A stretch of DNA of 64,000 nucleotides from contig JBGAHS010000002.1 of the NCBI GenBank assembly GCA_044226015.1, forward strand, positions 192,001 through 256,000, given 5' to 3'. Numbering within the stretch: the stretch's first letter is position 1; every line of letters begins with the position of its first letter. The position numbers and the translations under genes are program-made. Source of the DNA: Candidatus Obscuribacteraceae bacterium (lineage in GTDB: Bacteria > Cyanobacteriota > Vampirovibrionia > Obscuribacterales > Obscuribacteraceae). The notes below the pieces were generated by a model that was given only the letters and a program-made list of their open reading frames with translations, ran no database searches and had not been told where the DNA came from. Below are positions 20,014 through 30,910 of this stretch, one piece after another.

Positions 20014-20579
20014 GTTCAAAGAATAACGGTAAAGCAAGCACTTCTCGTGACACAGAACCTAGCTTCCACTTCGGAAAAATAGTGGGGTTCCACGGTCTGC
20101 AGGGAGAAGTAAAAGTTCGCCCGGTACCAAACAAACCAGAAATTCTTGCAAGCGTAATTCATCTTCGAAGTAAAGCAACTAAGCATGTTCCAGCATTTGA
20201 CCTGGAAATAGACACCTCGCACTTTGATAAGAGAATGTACTATCTCAGTTTTGTCGGATATCCCGACAGAACCTCGGTAGAGATATTGGGCGGAGCCGAA
20301 CTCTACACATGGGAAGACGAGCTTGAAGAGCTTGAGGAAGAAGAATTCTGGGTGAAGGACCTGGTTGGAATGACAGTACTAAAGGAAAGCGGCGAAGAGG
20401 TGGGAAAAGTCGTCGACATCATATATGGTGGCAATGACATATTGGAAATCCGCCGTCCTGGTGATGCCCCAGGAAAGACGATTCTCATTCCTTTTGTGAA
20501 GAGCCTAGTTCCTACGGTGAATTTGAACGAAAAAAACATATTCGTAAAAGACCTTGAGGGGCTTTTCGAATCGCAATAG
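20010..20579 (+). CDS. rimM: Ribosome maturation factor RimM
   Basis: GKIVGFHGLQGEVKV, EFWVKDLVG, GNDILEI, LIPFV; ATGA overlap with ubiX. Confidence 0.92.
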   Translation: MSSKNNGKASTSRDTEPSFHFGKIVGFHGLQGEVKVRPVPNKPEILASVIHLRSKATKHVPAFDLEIDTSHFDKRMYYLSFVGYPDRTSVEILGGAELYTWEDELEELEEEEFWVKDLVGMTVLKESGEEVGKVVDIIYGGNDILEIRRPGDAPGKTILIPFVKSLVPTVNLNEKNIFVKDLEGLFESQ

Positions 20580-20890
20580 CGGGACAAACTGGGCTCAATT
20601 GGTAGCAACGTACTCGGATAAGCCAAGCCGGGGTGTCTCTCTGCTCGGACGCCAGGACTATACATGACCTTTTTCCAAATCTCCATGACTCAAGACAAAT
20701 TTACAACGAACAGCAAACTAGATATTCTGGTTACATAAGCCAAATGCACTTTGCAGAAAAGCTAAGACAAGCAAATTACAAAGCAACACTTACTAACGCT
20801 ATCTCCAACAAACAACGAAGGGTCAGTCCGCTCAGGACTGCTCTAACACCTATAGCGGATGAATCGATGCATTTGTATTAACCTAAGGCT

Positions 20891-21008
20891 GTGTTCGAAT
20901 GGATGGCTATGTTCGAATCCACGACTGCGCTTGAATCAATGACTGTACCTGAATCCACGACTGTGTTCGAATCCACGACTGCGTTCGAATCGATGACTAT
21001 GCTTGAAA
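20891..21008. repeat. Degenerate 18-bp tandem repeat (~6.5 copies)
   Basis: Consensus GTTCGAATCCACGACTGY, in the intergenic region between convergent rimM and lnt. Confidence 0.75.
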
Positions 21009-21127
21009 CAAGCCTGGCAAAAGAAGATTTTTTTCGGATAAGGCAAACAAGAAGAACACAAAAACAATCTGGAGGTACTAAATCAGCGAACGAATTCCAT
21101 AACCACGTCAGGTACTCAAAATTACTA

Positions 21128-21170
21128 AACCGCCGCCACTAGCTATGGCTGGCGGTTATTCTTTTGCTTT
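21128..21170. terminator. Putative intrinsic terminator hairpin
   Basis: AACCGCC-GCC...GGC-TGGCGGTT followed by T-rich sequence. Confidence 0.45.
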
Positions 21171-21239
21171 CGTAAAACTCTCAACTCGATGGATAAAAAC
21201 CTCGACCCGAAGCCGGCTGAATGCCGACGAAATTCCAGG

Positions 21240-22856
21240 TCAGAAACTCCATTGCGTAAATATAGTTGGTTCAGATAACAATTCTACTTTTGCTGAAAGA
21301 ACAGCTTCTTCTTCTGCATTTGACTTGGCTTCAACAAAACCTTGAGGGTTCACTACTAGCGACGGACCCGTGTTTGCAGCGTAGACGAAATACCTTCCGT
21401 TCTCAATTGCGCGAAACACCGCACATGCAGTAGTCTGATCTCCTACCATTGATCCATGAAACCAGGCAAGGTCACTTATATTAGCTATTAGTTGCCCGCC
21501 ATTTCTGACACTGCTTGAAACCAACTCAGGAGCAATGGTTTCGAAGCAAATTAGTGGAGCAACTTTTTGCCCAGAAAAGTCCATGACACCAGGTTTGGTG
21601 CCAGGAGCGAAGCCAGCGCCTGCCGGAGTGCTAGTAAGGTTTTGCAAAACCTCCGGCAGGCACTTAACAAAATCGGGAGTGTATTCTCCTACCGGAACCA
21701 GGTAGCGCTTATGGTAAGCGTCCCGAAACAATTCCCCAGAACTGCTTACTCCAAAAGCACCATTAAAAGGTCTGGCTCCATCTGAATCGATGGAGCCCAC
21801 AACCATATCAAGTTGATGACTGCGCGCCTGTTCTTTCAAAAACGAAATCGTATTAGGTGACTCGCGTAAGTAAGTCGGCAGCGCACTCTCTGTCCAGATA
21901 CAAAAACCTGGCACGCATTTTTTTATCATCTTGCCATAATGATCCATCAGTTCATTAAGGCTGTATCGATGATGCGTTTTCTGCATCTCAATATTGATAT
22001 TTCCTTGCAGAATTGAGAGGTTTTTGTCGGGATGGTACTTTGTGCTCTGCATATGCTGGTAGCCGTAAATCATTGAGCCACTAGCAATCAATGCCATCGC
22101 CAGTAGTGCACAGACTGAAGATAGCTTACTCGAATTAGCTAGAGACTTGACGGCAAATTTCTTAGTCCAGGTGGCGACAAAACTTGCAAGCGCAACGTTC
22201 ATTGCGACAAGAATTACACCGACCCCAAAGCCGCCAACAATGCTGGCTATTTGAATAAATGCTAACTGCTTGTATTGTGAATACTCAATCATCGACCACG
22301 GCACACCGAGCAAATCGTGAGCATTCAGCAGTTTTTCAAAAGCAAATTGAAATAGTAAAGGCAATACGAGTAAAGCAGGCACCTTCCACTTGTCCTCAAC
22401 CTTTCGAGGAAGAGCACCACCGCAGAGAGGCAGCAGCCTACTGACTAAAGCAAAGATTCCATACATAAGCCCTTGATGGACACTCGCAAAAATCCAGCAA
22501 AACGCAGCAAGCAAAATGCTCTGCCAATCGCTCAGACTCATCCAATTGAGGGGATGCAAATGTAGATACCAATTTAAATAAACCAGGTTGTAGGAGGTTC
22601 CGAATACCAGCCCTCTAAATGTTGCTTGCTTCCAATTTTCAGCGCCTATAGACAGCAGAAAAAATGGGGCAAGACAAAACCAGGCAAGGTACCACTGATC
22701 GAAACCAGGAGCCGACAACCCAAAGACAGCACCAGCTATTGCAGAAAAGAGAAGGTCAAGACCGGGGCGACCGCTTTTAACGCTACCCTTCTCTTTTACT
22801 TCTGCCTTCTGGTCTTTAGCCAATGCTTTTTTCGATCTTGTTGCTGTTTTCGGCAT
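21240..22856 (-). CDS. lnt: Apolipoprotein N-acyltransferase
   Basis: TM N-terminus; QGNI, WTESA, YHKRYLVPVGEY, LICFE, NISDLAWF, RAIEN, ANTG. Confidence 0.93.
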   Translation of the reverse strand: MPKTATRSKKALAKDQKAEVKEKGSVKSGRPGLDLLFSAIAGAVFGLSAPGFDQWYLAWFCLAPFFLLSIGAENWKQATFRGLVFGTSYNLVYLNWYLHLHPLNWMSLSDWQSILLAAFCWIFASVHQGLMYGIFALVSRLLPLCGGALPRKVEDKWKVPALLVLPLLFQFAFEKLLNAHDLLGVPWSMIEYSQYKQLAFIQIASIVGGFGVGVILVAMNVALASFVATWTKKFAVKSLANSSKLSSVCALLAMALIASGSMIYGYQHMQSTKYHPDKNLSILQGNINIEMQKTHHRYSLNELMDHYGKMIKKCVPGFCIWTESALPTYLRESPNTISFLKEQARSHQLDMVVGSIDSDGARPFNGAFGVSSSGELFRDAYHKRYLVPVGEYTPDFVKCLPEVLQNLTSTPAGAGFAPGTKPGVMDFSGQKVAPLICFETIAPELVSSSVRNGGQLIANISDLAWFHGSMVGDQTTACAVFRAIENGRYFVYAANTGPSLVVNPQGFVEAKSNAEEEAVLSAKVELLSEPTIFTQWSF

Positions 22857-22884
22857 TATCGCAGTTCTTTTCCTTATATGGAAA

Positions 22885-22933
22885 TCCGGGCTTGTTGCCA
22901 GCCTGCAGTACAGACTTTAGCAACAAGCCCGGA
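22885..22933. terminator. Inverted repeat between recA and lnt
   Basis: TCCGGGCTTGTTGC...GCAACAAGCCCGGA 14-bp stem. Confidence 0.5.
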
Positions 22934-22946
22934 AGAGTTTCCTAGA

Positions 22947-24128
22947 TTATTCTGCGCCAGAACCACCGGCAAGCTTACCTTGCATGTTCAGTATTTCAGC
23001 ACGCACTTTGCCTTCAATTTCAGCCATCATCTTTGGATTTGCCTCAAGGAAGTTTCTTGCACCGTCTCTTCCCTGCCCAATTCTTTCGTCCATATAGCTG
23101 AACCATGAACCAGCCTTTTTCACAATTTCCATATCGGTAGCCATATCGAGAATACAGCCGGAAGTGCTGATTCCCTTTCCGTAAATGATGTCGAATTCAG
23201 CTACGCGGAAAGGAGGAGCCATTTTATTTTTGACCACTTTAACCTTTACGCGGTTACCGTATTCCTGTCCATCCTTCTTAAGCGTTTCAATCTTACGGAT
23301 ATCCAGTCTCACTGAAGCATAGAATTTAAGCGCATTTCCACCGGTCGTTGTTTCAGGGTTTCCGAACATCACACCAATCTTCATACGCAATTGGTTGATG
23401 AATATAACTGCAGTGCGAGTTTTGCTCACAATACCAGTCAACTTACGCAAAGCCTGACTCATCAAACGAGCCTGTAAACCAGGAAGTGAATCGCCCATTT
23501 CACCTTCGATTTCAGCCTTGGGCACAAGAGCCGCAACTGAGTCGACGATGACTATATCAACGGCTCCTGAACGAACCAACTGCTCTGTAATTTCGAGAGC
23601 TTGTTCACCGGTGTCAGGCTGCGAGATAAGCAACTCATCAACATTGACGCCGAGTTTTCTAGCATATTCAGGGTCGAGCGCGTGCTCTGCGTCTACAATT
23701 GCTGCAATTCCGCCTCGTTTTTGAACTTCAGCCGCAATGTGCTGAGCCAGAGTTGTTTTACCGGAAGACTCTGGTCCGTAAATTTCGATGATACGACCGC
23801 GTGGTACGCCACCAATTCCGAGAGCTACGTCGAGTGACAAAGCACCAGTTGGAACTGATTCGATCTGTCCGTGCTTCGAATCGCCCAGCTTCATGATTGA
23901 GCCTTCACCGAATTGTTTTTTGATGGCATCCATAGCCAGACCGAGTGCTTTTACTCTCTCTTGAGAGACGATTTTTTGAGGATCTTTCGACTCGCTGTTG
24001 GACTTTTTGTCATTCGTTTTTTCGTGCTTGTCCAAGTTTTTCTCCAGATTCTTCTCTAGATTTTTCTCCGCGTTTTTGTCAGTGAGCGCCTTGTCAGCGC
24101 CAGCTTTCTCCCGAGTAACAAATGCCAT
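22947..24128 (-). CDS. recA: Recombinase RecA
   Basis: [40 protein letters not shown] before ATG 24128. Confidence 0.98.
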   Translation of the reverse strand: MAFVTREKAGADKALTDKNAEKNLEKNLEKNLDKHEKTNDKKSNSESKDPQKIVSQERVKALGLAMDAIKKQFGEGSIMKLGDSKHGQIESVPTGALSLDVALGIGGVPRGRIIEIYGPESSGKTTLAQHIAAEVQKRGGIAAIVDAEHALDPEYARKLGVNVDELLISQPDTGEQALEITEQLVRSGAVDIVIVDSVAALVPKAEIEGEMGDSLPGLQARLMSQALRKLTGIVSKTRTAVIFINQLRMKIGVMFGNPETTTGGNALKFYASVRLDIRKIETLKKDGQEYGNRVKVKVVKNKMAPPFRVAEFDIIYGKGISTSGCILDMATDMEIVKKAGSWFSYMDERIGQGRDGARNFLEANPKMMAEIEGKVRAEILNMQGKLAGGSGAE

Positions 24129-24664
24129 GTGTAATCTCCTGTGTGTGTGAACTGTAGCTGACTTCAATGAGCCTGCGTCAAAATCAATAAAGGCGAATCC
24201 TGTATATGCTGCAGATAGCTATTCAGCTTCTCGCGGATCTTTGCAAATTATAGCTGTAGAGCACTTCTTCGCGAATTAAAAAGCTCGTGAAATGCATCGC
24301 ATTTTTCAAACCAATCGCTGAACGATATACATTGCACATCCAAAAAGCGGCTTAAAATGCGGCTCTCAAACGATGGGCAAAATCAGGCATATGCAACTCT
24401 GCCTCACATCGATGGTGCCAAAACCGATTTGTATTACGCGTACTTACAGGCGGCAAGCGCATCTACAACTTATATACTTCGAATCTTTTTTTTGTCTTCC
24501 AAGTCCTATGCAAAGTTATTCAAATTCCATTTGTTCAAATTCCTATCAATAGATCCCTCCTCCTTTCAAACCAATGACGTTCACGCTGATTCCCTCGCAG
24601 TTTCCCCAAAAGAGAATTCATACGATCGAAGAAACAAACTTACTTTGATGCAGATTTTTGCTTT

Positions 24665-24701
24665 TCCGTACTTTTACGGAGGGCATCCGTCATATTACGG
24701 A
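24665..24701. promoter_or_regulatory. Tandem palindromic operator pair TCCGT-N6-ACGGA
   Basis: TCCGTACTTTTACGGA at 24665 and TCCGTCATATTACGGA at 24686, 21 bp apart. Confidence 0.5.
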
Positions 24702-24912
24702 TATCTGCAAACGAAGGTCCAGCAAAGGTTTACAGCCTCCCAAAAGAGTTTCAAACAGGGTTGCCAGGGGAATATGTATGTAGACGATATAGAACTAGTA
24801 TTAGCTCTATCTATTTGTAAGACGGTAAATCGCAGTAAAGAGTTCAATGGCTTACATTAATTGTAAGCTGTCAAGACTTGCCGTGCATAGATTTCGGGAT
24901 TCAGGTACAGTA

Positions 24913-25782
24913 ATGGTAGCTCAACGCAACAAGTCCGCCGGAATTCAAAGAAGTGAGATTTTCGAATCTCTGAGCGCAGGAGAAATGTCACGTCTCCTGA
25001 GTGTTCTTGAGACTCAAGATCTACCCAGACACCACCAGATATTCGGTCCGGGCAGCCCGAACCAGAGCATCTACTTTATAGAGAAGGGTTGTGTAAGGGT
25101 AACTCGCCCTTCGCCCGATGGAAAATCCTTCGTCATTCTCTCCTTGCTTGGCCCTGGGGACCTTCTAGGAGAGATAGCCTGGTCTGAAGAGACTTATGAT
25201 TGCACGGCAGAAACACTTGAAGAATGCCGAATATATCAACTCTCACGCAGAGATTTTGACGGGTTGATAAAAGAGAACCCGGCCTTCGCTCTGCGCTTGA
25301 TTCACATTCTCTCTACCCGCTTAAAACAGGCACAGGGAAGAATTGAGGACCTCGTCTTTAGACAAGTGCCGAGTCGAGTAGCGAAACTCTTTATGAATCT
25401 GGCAGACAACCACGGAAAGATGACTCCGTACGGTATTGTGCTCGACCTGCCTCTTACCCACCAGGAAATCGCAGACATTGTCGGTTCATCACGAGTCACT
25501 GTGACTCAGGTCTTGAACAGATTCCGTACAATGAAATGGGTGGCAATAAAGAGCAAGCGCGTGACAATTCATGATGTCGATGCTCTTGTCGATTTAATCG
25601 CCAGCGATGCGAACCCCCGCAAACGAGGACGCGAAGCTTTCTCAGCAGAAACCAGCGTTTTCGGCAGCAATGATTTTCCTGCTAGCGATTTCGGCGAAGC
25701 AAGCGAATTCGATAATGGCAGTAATTTCGACAACACTTTTGCTGACAGAGAAGTCGATAACGAGTGCAAGATGCAAAGCTGA
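24913..25782 (+). CDS. Crp/Fnr family transcriptional regulator
   Basis: cNMP-binding domain (LLGPGDLLGE) plus HTH LTHQEIADIVGSSRVTVT; start may be 24847. Confidence 0.9.
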   Translation: MVAQRNKSAGIQRSEIFESLSAGEMSRLLSVLETQDLPRHHQIFGPGSPNQSIYFIEKGCVRVTRPSPDGKSFVILSLLGPGDLLGEIAWSEETYDCTAETLEECRIYQLSRRDFDGLIKENPAFALRLIHILSTRLKQAQGRIEDLVFRQVPSRVAKLFMNLADNHGKMTPYGIVLDLPLTHQEIADIVGSSRVTVTQVLNRFRTMKWVAIKSKRVTIHDVDALVDLIASDANPRKRGREAFSAETSVFGSNDFPASDFGEASEFDNGSNFDNTFADREVDNECKMQS

Positions 25783-25829
25783 AGGCTGTTTGATCCAAAC
25801 TCCCACGCAGTCTATAATAGTGCCCAGCT

Positions 25830-25903
<74 letters not shown>

Positions 25904-25939
25904 TTTTTATGTGCACCGAATACGGTGCCCCACAATTTC

Positions 25940-26263
25940 TTACTTCTTGCCTCTGCCGGTCTCATTGTTCATGATTCGCTGATTTCGGCGCATCTGACGG
26001 TTGAGCTTTATCTGGTCTCTGCGAGTGAGCTTGCCATTGTGGCGACTTTTCATCGCAAATTCCTCTTGATTGAGCTTGTAGTCCCTATTGTCGGCTCTGG
26101 CAGACTCTGCTGCAGTCAATTTTTTCTCGGCTCGACGGTTTCCAGATTTAGCCTGCTGCCGCGCGATGCGCCCTTCGAAGTTTTCCGCATCCGCCGATAT
26201 CGCAAGAAAGCCAGTCGCCAGTGCAATAGCGCCAATTATGGTGATTGAACGAAATTTCGACAT
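25940..26263 (-). CDS. Small basic secreted hypothetical protein
   Basis: Signal peptide ending ADA; Arg/Gln/Asn-rich helical body. Confidence 0.7.
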   Translation of the reverse strand: MSKFRSITIIGAIALATGFLAISADAENFEGRIARQQAKSGNRRAEKKLTAAESARADNRDYKLNQEEFAMKSRHNGKLTRRDQIKLNRQMRRNQRIMNNETGRGKK

Positions 26264-26431
26264 TTCCCCCCCAAAACGAAGCCATCAGTAAGCTAATTCC
26301 CAAGATTCCGTACAGTTCATCATCCAGCCTGAGACCATTTCATACGTATTTCTCCACTTAAATGCCATTAACGCTGTGCGCACGGGGGTCGCAGCTGCCG
26401 TAGTATTGTCCAATCAACACGGAGAAATATT

Positions 26432-27154
26432 ATGAATCTCAGCCGCGCCCTTGTTTCCGAATTCATCGGTAGCGCATTTTTACTGGCAGCGGTAGTTGGC
26501 TCAGGGGCCTTAGCTCACAAACTCGACATGGGCAATATAGCGCTTTCGGTTCTTTGTGTTTCATTTGCGACCATGGGCACCTTAACAGCACTCATTTATG
26601 CGCTGGGAACATGCTCTGCGCATTTCAATCCTGTAGTGACGCTGGCTCTTGCCGCGAGAAAAGAATTTAGCTGGAGGAACGTTCCTGCCTACATTCTGGC
26701 GCAGGTCGCAGGCGCCTGTACTGGCGTCATCATAACTAATCTGATGTTTGATCTACCTGCGGTTTGCATTTCTGACACTGTGCGAGGTGGGACGGGACAA
26801 TTGATTGGTGAAGTGGTAGCAACTTTTGGACTCCTGGGAATAATATTTGGCACGGCGAAGAACCCAGCAAATCCTGGTCCAATTGCAATTCCGCTCTACG
26901 TAGCCGGCGCAATTTTCTTCACTTCATCGACTTGTTTTGCCAACCCAGCTGTCACCATAGCCAGAACGCTAACGACCACTCTTTGTGGTATCGGCCCTGC
27001 TAGCGTGATTCCATTCATTGGCGCTCAAATTGTCGGAGCGTCCGCTGCATTGGCAGTGTTCGGATGGCTCTTCCAGACGAATTCAACATCCATAGAAAAG
27101 CTGGAAGAGGTCTACCGAGAAAGCCCAGATCTGGATTCTCTCAAGACAAGCTGA
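26432..27154 (+). CDS. MIP/aquaporin family channel (AqpS-like)
   Basis: SEFIGS, AHFNPVVT, FTSSTCFANPAVT. Confidence 0.9.
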   Translation: MNLSRALVSEFIGSAFLLAAVVGSGALAHKLDMGNIALSVLCVSFATMGTLTALIYALGTCSAHFNPVVTLALAARKEFSWRNVPAYILAQVAGACTGVIITNLMFDLPAVCISDTVRGGTGQLIGEVVATFGLLGIIFGTAKNPANPGPIAIPLYVAGAIFFTSSTCFANPAVTIARTLTTTLCGIGPASVIPFIGAQIVGASAALAVFGWLFQTNSTSIEKLEEVYRESPDLDSLKTS

Positions 27155-27388
27155 CGAAAGGCGCACCGCTGCGCGATTCTACGAGGGACGCACAAACAAA
27201 AGCTGCGCATTCCGGGTTTCGCATTCCGGGACATTCATATTAGAAGCGCTTAGCAGGATTCACTTACTAAGTTGCGTTTACCGTGTTGCGCCTGAACGAG
27301 CACAAAGGACTTGCTGCAACTTGCGCACACAATTGTGTGATTCTCTAAACATCAACGCTAAGGCAACTACCAGCTACACGGACTGCAG

Positions 27389-27742
27389 TTATGGCAAACC
27401 CAGAAAACGCTGCAATGCATTTGCCGCGCCACTAATCTTGGTGGCATATGGAATTTCAACTACGATAGTGTTACCGGAAATAGATTTGATGTGACCGATA
27501 GCAACTTCTCCCCAGCGTTCTGAGCAGGCCGCCATGCCCTCGCCCAACTGGCACAGTTTCACGGAATCGTCTTTATCGTTTTTTCGACTAATGTTTTTGC
27601 ACTGAATTTCGAGCGTTGTAATTCCATCTTTAACAGAACGAGAAGCGAAATTGCCTTCTGCAATTTCTGTCCATACCTGATTGGTCTGATTAGTCCCCAG
27701 CCCCCATTCCATGACTTTCACTGGCTGATTGAACCTGATCAT
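27389..27742 (-). CDS. Hypothetical protein
   Basis: AAGGAG RBS before ATG 27742; beta-rich 117 aa. Confidence 0.6.
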   Translation of the reverse strand: MIRFNQPVKVMEWGLGTNQTNQVWTEIAEGNFASRSVKDGITTLEIQCKNISRKNDKDDSVKLCQLGEGMAACSERWGEVAIGHIKSISGNTIVVEIPYATKISGAANALQRFLGLP

Positions 27743-27843
27743 CTTCGGCTCCTTGAAAACGCACTGTGCTCTGCTGCTCAAAATATCACATTATGGGTCT
27801 TTTCTACACTTAGTGCAGCGCAATGTAGATTTGCATTAGCTCA

Positions 27844-28962
27844 TCATATTTTTCTCTTGAAATTCATTTTCTTACTGGTCTTGAGATTTGGTTTTTCCGT
27901 ATTGACTGGTGGAGCATCCTCATCTGCCGGAGCGTCTCCCAATTCTTCAGGAGCAGGCGCTTCACTGCTTCTTCTTGCAAAAGATGCAACCTGACCGCTA
28001 CGCTTCTGTCCACTGGGAAGCGGATCATACTCCTTCTCCTCCTTTGCGCTGTCAGCAATCGCAGTCGACAATGCATGAGAGAACTTGAGTTCACTGAGCT
28101 GGAATTTTCTTCGGGCCGCATCTTCTTCATCACTGATGATGTCAGAAGTCATAACGCTCATAACATTACTATCAATCGGACACTTCGGGTTTAACTTTCC
28201 GAGCAATCCAAAGAGTGGCACGCCAAGGAAGCAGGGAATTTTAACGGCCCTGACCTGGCGTCCTTGATGCTCAGCAAGCTGAGTAATCAGAGCATTCAAG
28301 TCGAGAACTTCAGGACCTGCCAACTCATATATTTTATTGACTGTTTCTCTGTCGTAAACTGAAGAGGATATGCAGTTTGCAACATCATCAGCACAGATTG
28401 GCTGAAAGCGATTTAAGCCGCTTCCAACCATCAAAATAATTGGTGAACGCTGAATCCAAAACTCCAGAATTCGATAGAGGTTGTAGTATTTTCCTTGATC
28501 GAATATCAATGACGGGCGAAAAATCGTCCAGTACAAGCCCGAACTCTTCACCAGTTCATCGGCTTCCCATTTACACCCTAAATAAAGATTGGTGGCATGC
28601 TCAGTGGCACCAAGGCAGCTCAATTGAATGAAACGCTGTACACCAGCCGCCTTACCCTGAGCTATCAAATTGCGAACACCTTCGATGTTTACTTCCTCAA
28701 TATCTTCTTCAGGTCCACTGCGCATAACGCCCGCACAGTTGATAATGCACTTAACACCTTCCATTGCGCGCCTGATTGCAGCTTCACTGCGAATGTCGCC
28801 AACCATCACATCGACGCCGCGACGACGAAATGCTGGAAGCACGCTGCCTTCCCAGTCACTCTTTCCTCTTGCGATTGCACGAACCTTGTTTTGTGGGTTA
28901 GCTAAAAGCTTATCTATGACCTTGCGGCCAACAGTTCCGGTTGCTCCAACAACTAGAATCAT
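27844..28962 (-). CDS. NAD(P)-dependent epimerase / NDUFA9-like atypical SDR
   Basis: ILVVGATGTVG, YLGCK, WTIFRPS, QPICADDVA. Confidence 0.88.
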   Translation of the reverse strand: MILVVGATGTVGRKVIDKLLANPQNKVRAIARGKSDWEGSVLPAFRRRGVDVMVGDIRSEAAIRRAMEGVKCIINCAGVMRSGPEEDIEEVNIEGVRNLIAQGKAAGVQRFIQLSCLGATEHATNLYLGCKWEADELVKSSGLYWTIFRPSLIFDQGKYYNLYRILEFWIQRSPIILMVGSGLNRFQPICADDVANCISSSVYDRETVNKIYELAGPEVLDLNALITQLAEHQGRQVRAVKIPCFLGVPLFGLLGKLNPKCPIDSNVMSVMTSDIISDEEDAARRKFQLSELKFSHALSTAIADSAKEEKEYDPLPSGQKRSGQVASFARRSSEAPAPEELGDAPADEDAPPVNTEKPNLKTSKKMNFKRKI

Positions 28963-28967
28963 CGTCC

Positions 28968-30668
28968 TTAGAAGCCACCAAATCTCATACCGCCGCCACC
29001 AAATCCGAAATTCATGCCACCACCCATTCCACCGAATGGTGACATCGGAGAAAGACCGCTATTGAAGCCACCATACATCGGAGTTGTGTAAGTCTGGCGC
29101 CTGGTTACGACAGCTCCGGTCATTGGGTCTATCAGGGTTCCAGTGTATTGATCTAAAAGCAAACCAGTAGAGGGGTCAGTAACAAGATTTCCTGGGGTAA
29201 CTGAGTATGAGCCTGTGTAGCCGCCTCCGAGTGCATTTCCCAACCCATTGATTAGCTTAGAAAGACCACCAGGTCCTTTCTGTTGCTGTTGCATTTGCTG
29301 CATTTGTGTCAGCGGACCAGGTCCATTGAAATCAAGATCGGGAAAGTCAGGGTCTTTCTTTCTGCGCTGTGGAGCAGGTTCTGGCATTCCGCCCGAAGTA
29401 GGCACAGCAGCCAGCAATCTGGACATGCGCTGCGGCAGACTCGAATTCAGCGCCGGTTTATCGGTTGGAAACACCGTGGACTCAAGCCTATTGAGACGAG
29501 TCAAGATAGTTTCTTGCTTGTCTTTATCGTAGGTTTTGTTGAAAACTTCTTTTTCCAGCATCGCAAGTTGCTGGCTGACTCCCATCGCAGGAGCAGGAGC
29601 AGCGCTGGCAGAACCACCGCGATAATCAGGAGCAGATGGAGGCATGCCACCAGCAGCTCCACCGCCGCCATACGAGCCGCCGCCGCCGTAAGAACCAGAA
29701 CCTGAGCCATAAGTTCCAGACGAATAATTGTTCGCAGTGGAACCAGACCCATAGGATCCGCCACCATATGAGCCACCACCATAGCTTCCACCCTGTCCAC
29801 CACCAGAATACGGATCGTAACTGGGGCGTGGACGATTATATGAGTTGAGCGCTTGCTGCTTTCTGAAGTTACGTTGGTTAGCCGGGTCGTCGCCTGCAAT
29901 TCCCGTAAATGGAGTGACGCCGCCGTTGGCAGTGCTATCCTCTTCCTCATCAGCCCACTCGCTGCCAGAGGGCTTAACTTTGGCAACGTCAACGCCCGTT
30001 GCACCTTTGAGCCTGTCAACACGATCGAGCAAGTCTTCGGAGGAAGAGGTCTTTCCGAACGCCTTAATTTCAAGGCGATCAAGCCTTTTGCCTACTTTCT
30101 CTCCAATAAAGTCTCGTCCTAAAAGCTTCTTCTCGATCGCTGTTACAGCTGGGTAACTACTGTCGTTGGCTATATTGTCAGCTTCGTCATCCTTTGAAGT
30201 GTCAGCAATCGGAGCCGCCGGCTGACTCATTTTACGAGGAGGCGCCGGTGTAGAAGACTGAGTCGGCGGAGTGCTGCTGGTCGCGGGAGCTGTAGCGCTG
30301 GGCGCGTCCAGGTTCGGCACCAGAGCGAGCAAAGCCTTTACTCGCTCTTCATTTGAGCCAGTACGAGCCTCACCCATTATCAACTTTTCCAGTCGATCAA
30401 TTCGCTCGGCGGGCTCGTCCTTGGAGAAATCGTGTTGAAAGTACTTGTCTTCAAGCTTGCTCAAATTGCTATTGAGACCGTCATCTGCGTAGCAAAGGTT
30501 AAAAGCAAAGCCAAGAGAACTCAGCGCTAAACTCAGCGCAACACAGCCGAAAAGCTGCTTAGACCTGACCGTTATTCCTTTTAATTTCGAGCTTTTGCTC
30601 ATTTTCGTATTCCAGAGCTTGTTAAAACGCAACGCGAGTAAACTCAATTTTAGAGGCGGCAATGCCAT
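28968..30668 (-). CDS. Secreted hypothetical protein with three internal helical repeats
   Basis: Signal-like segment; repeated LE...R(L/I)xRLE..(F/M) modules; Gly-rich linkers; start may be 30602. Confidence 0.75.
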   Translation of the reverse strand: MALPPLKLSLLALRFNKLWNTKMSKSSKLKGITVRSKQLFGCVALSLALSSLGFAFNLCYADDGLNSNLSKLEDKYFQHDFSKDEPAERIDRLEKLIMGEARTGSNEERVKALLALVPNLDAPSATAPATSSTPPTQSSTPAPPRKMSQPAAPIADTSKDDEADNIANDSSYPAVTAIEKKLLGRDFIGEKVGKRLDRLEIKAFGKTSSSEDLLDRVDRLKGATGVDVAKVKPSGSEWADEEEDSTANGGVTPFTGIAGDDPANQRNFRKQQALNSYNRPRPSYDPYSGGGQGGSYGGGSYGGGSYGSGSTANNYSSGTYGSGSGSYGGGGSYGGGGAAGGMPPSAPDYRGGSASAAPAPAMGVSQQLAMLEKEVFNKTYDKDKQETILTRLNRLESTVFPTDKPALNSSLPQRMSRLLAAVPTSGGMPEPAPQRRKKDPDFPDLDFNGPGPLTQMQQMQQQQKGPGGLSKLINGLGNALGGGYTGSYSVTPGNLVTDPSTGLLLDQYTGTLIDPMTGAVVTRRQTYTTPMYGGFNSGLSPMSPFGGMGGGMNFGFGGGGMRFGGF

Positions 30669-30910
30669 ATTACCATGGCGTCAAGAAGGGAAATAGCTCC
30701 TTTACCCTGATTTGGCAAGTGAAACCGCCGTTATTGCCTTTTCCGAAGTAAATGAGTCTTCATGCTGCATGACATTCTAAGAAGCCAAACAACCAATTCT
30801 GCATAAAATTTCAGTAGGAAGCAATGAAATATGAGACGACTTGCAGACAGCGATGTTTCCATTTGATAGACAATATTTCCTGAATTTTGAACGCTGCGTT
30901 GCGAAGGAGT

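Noticed and set aside
20891..21142. tRNA or 83-aa CDS at the 18-bp repeat
   Set aside because: GTTCGAATCC is present without a cloverleaf, and the ORF has no RBS or recognisable domain.
24357..24860. 167-aa ORF between recA and the Crp regulator
   Set aside because: It lies over the divergent promoter region and palindromic sites and has no recognisable protein features.
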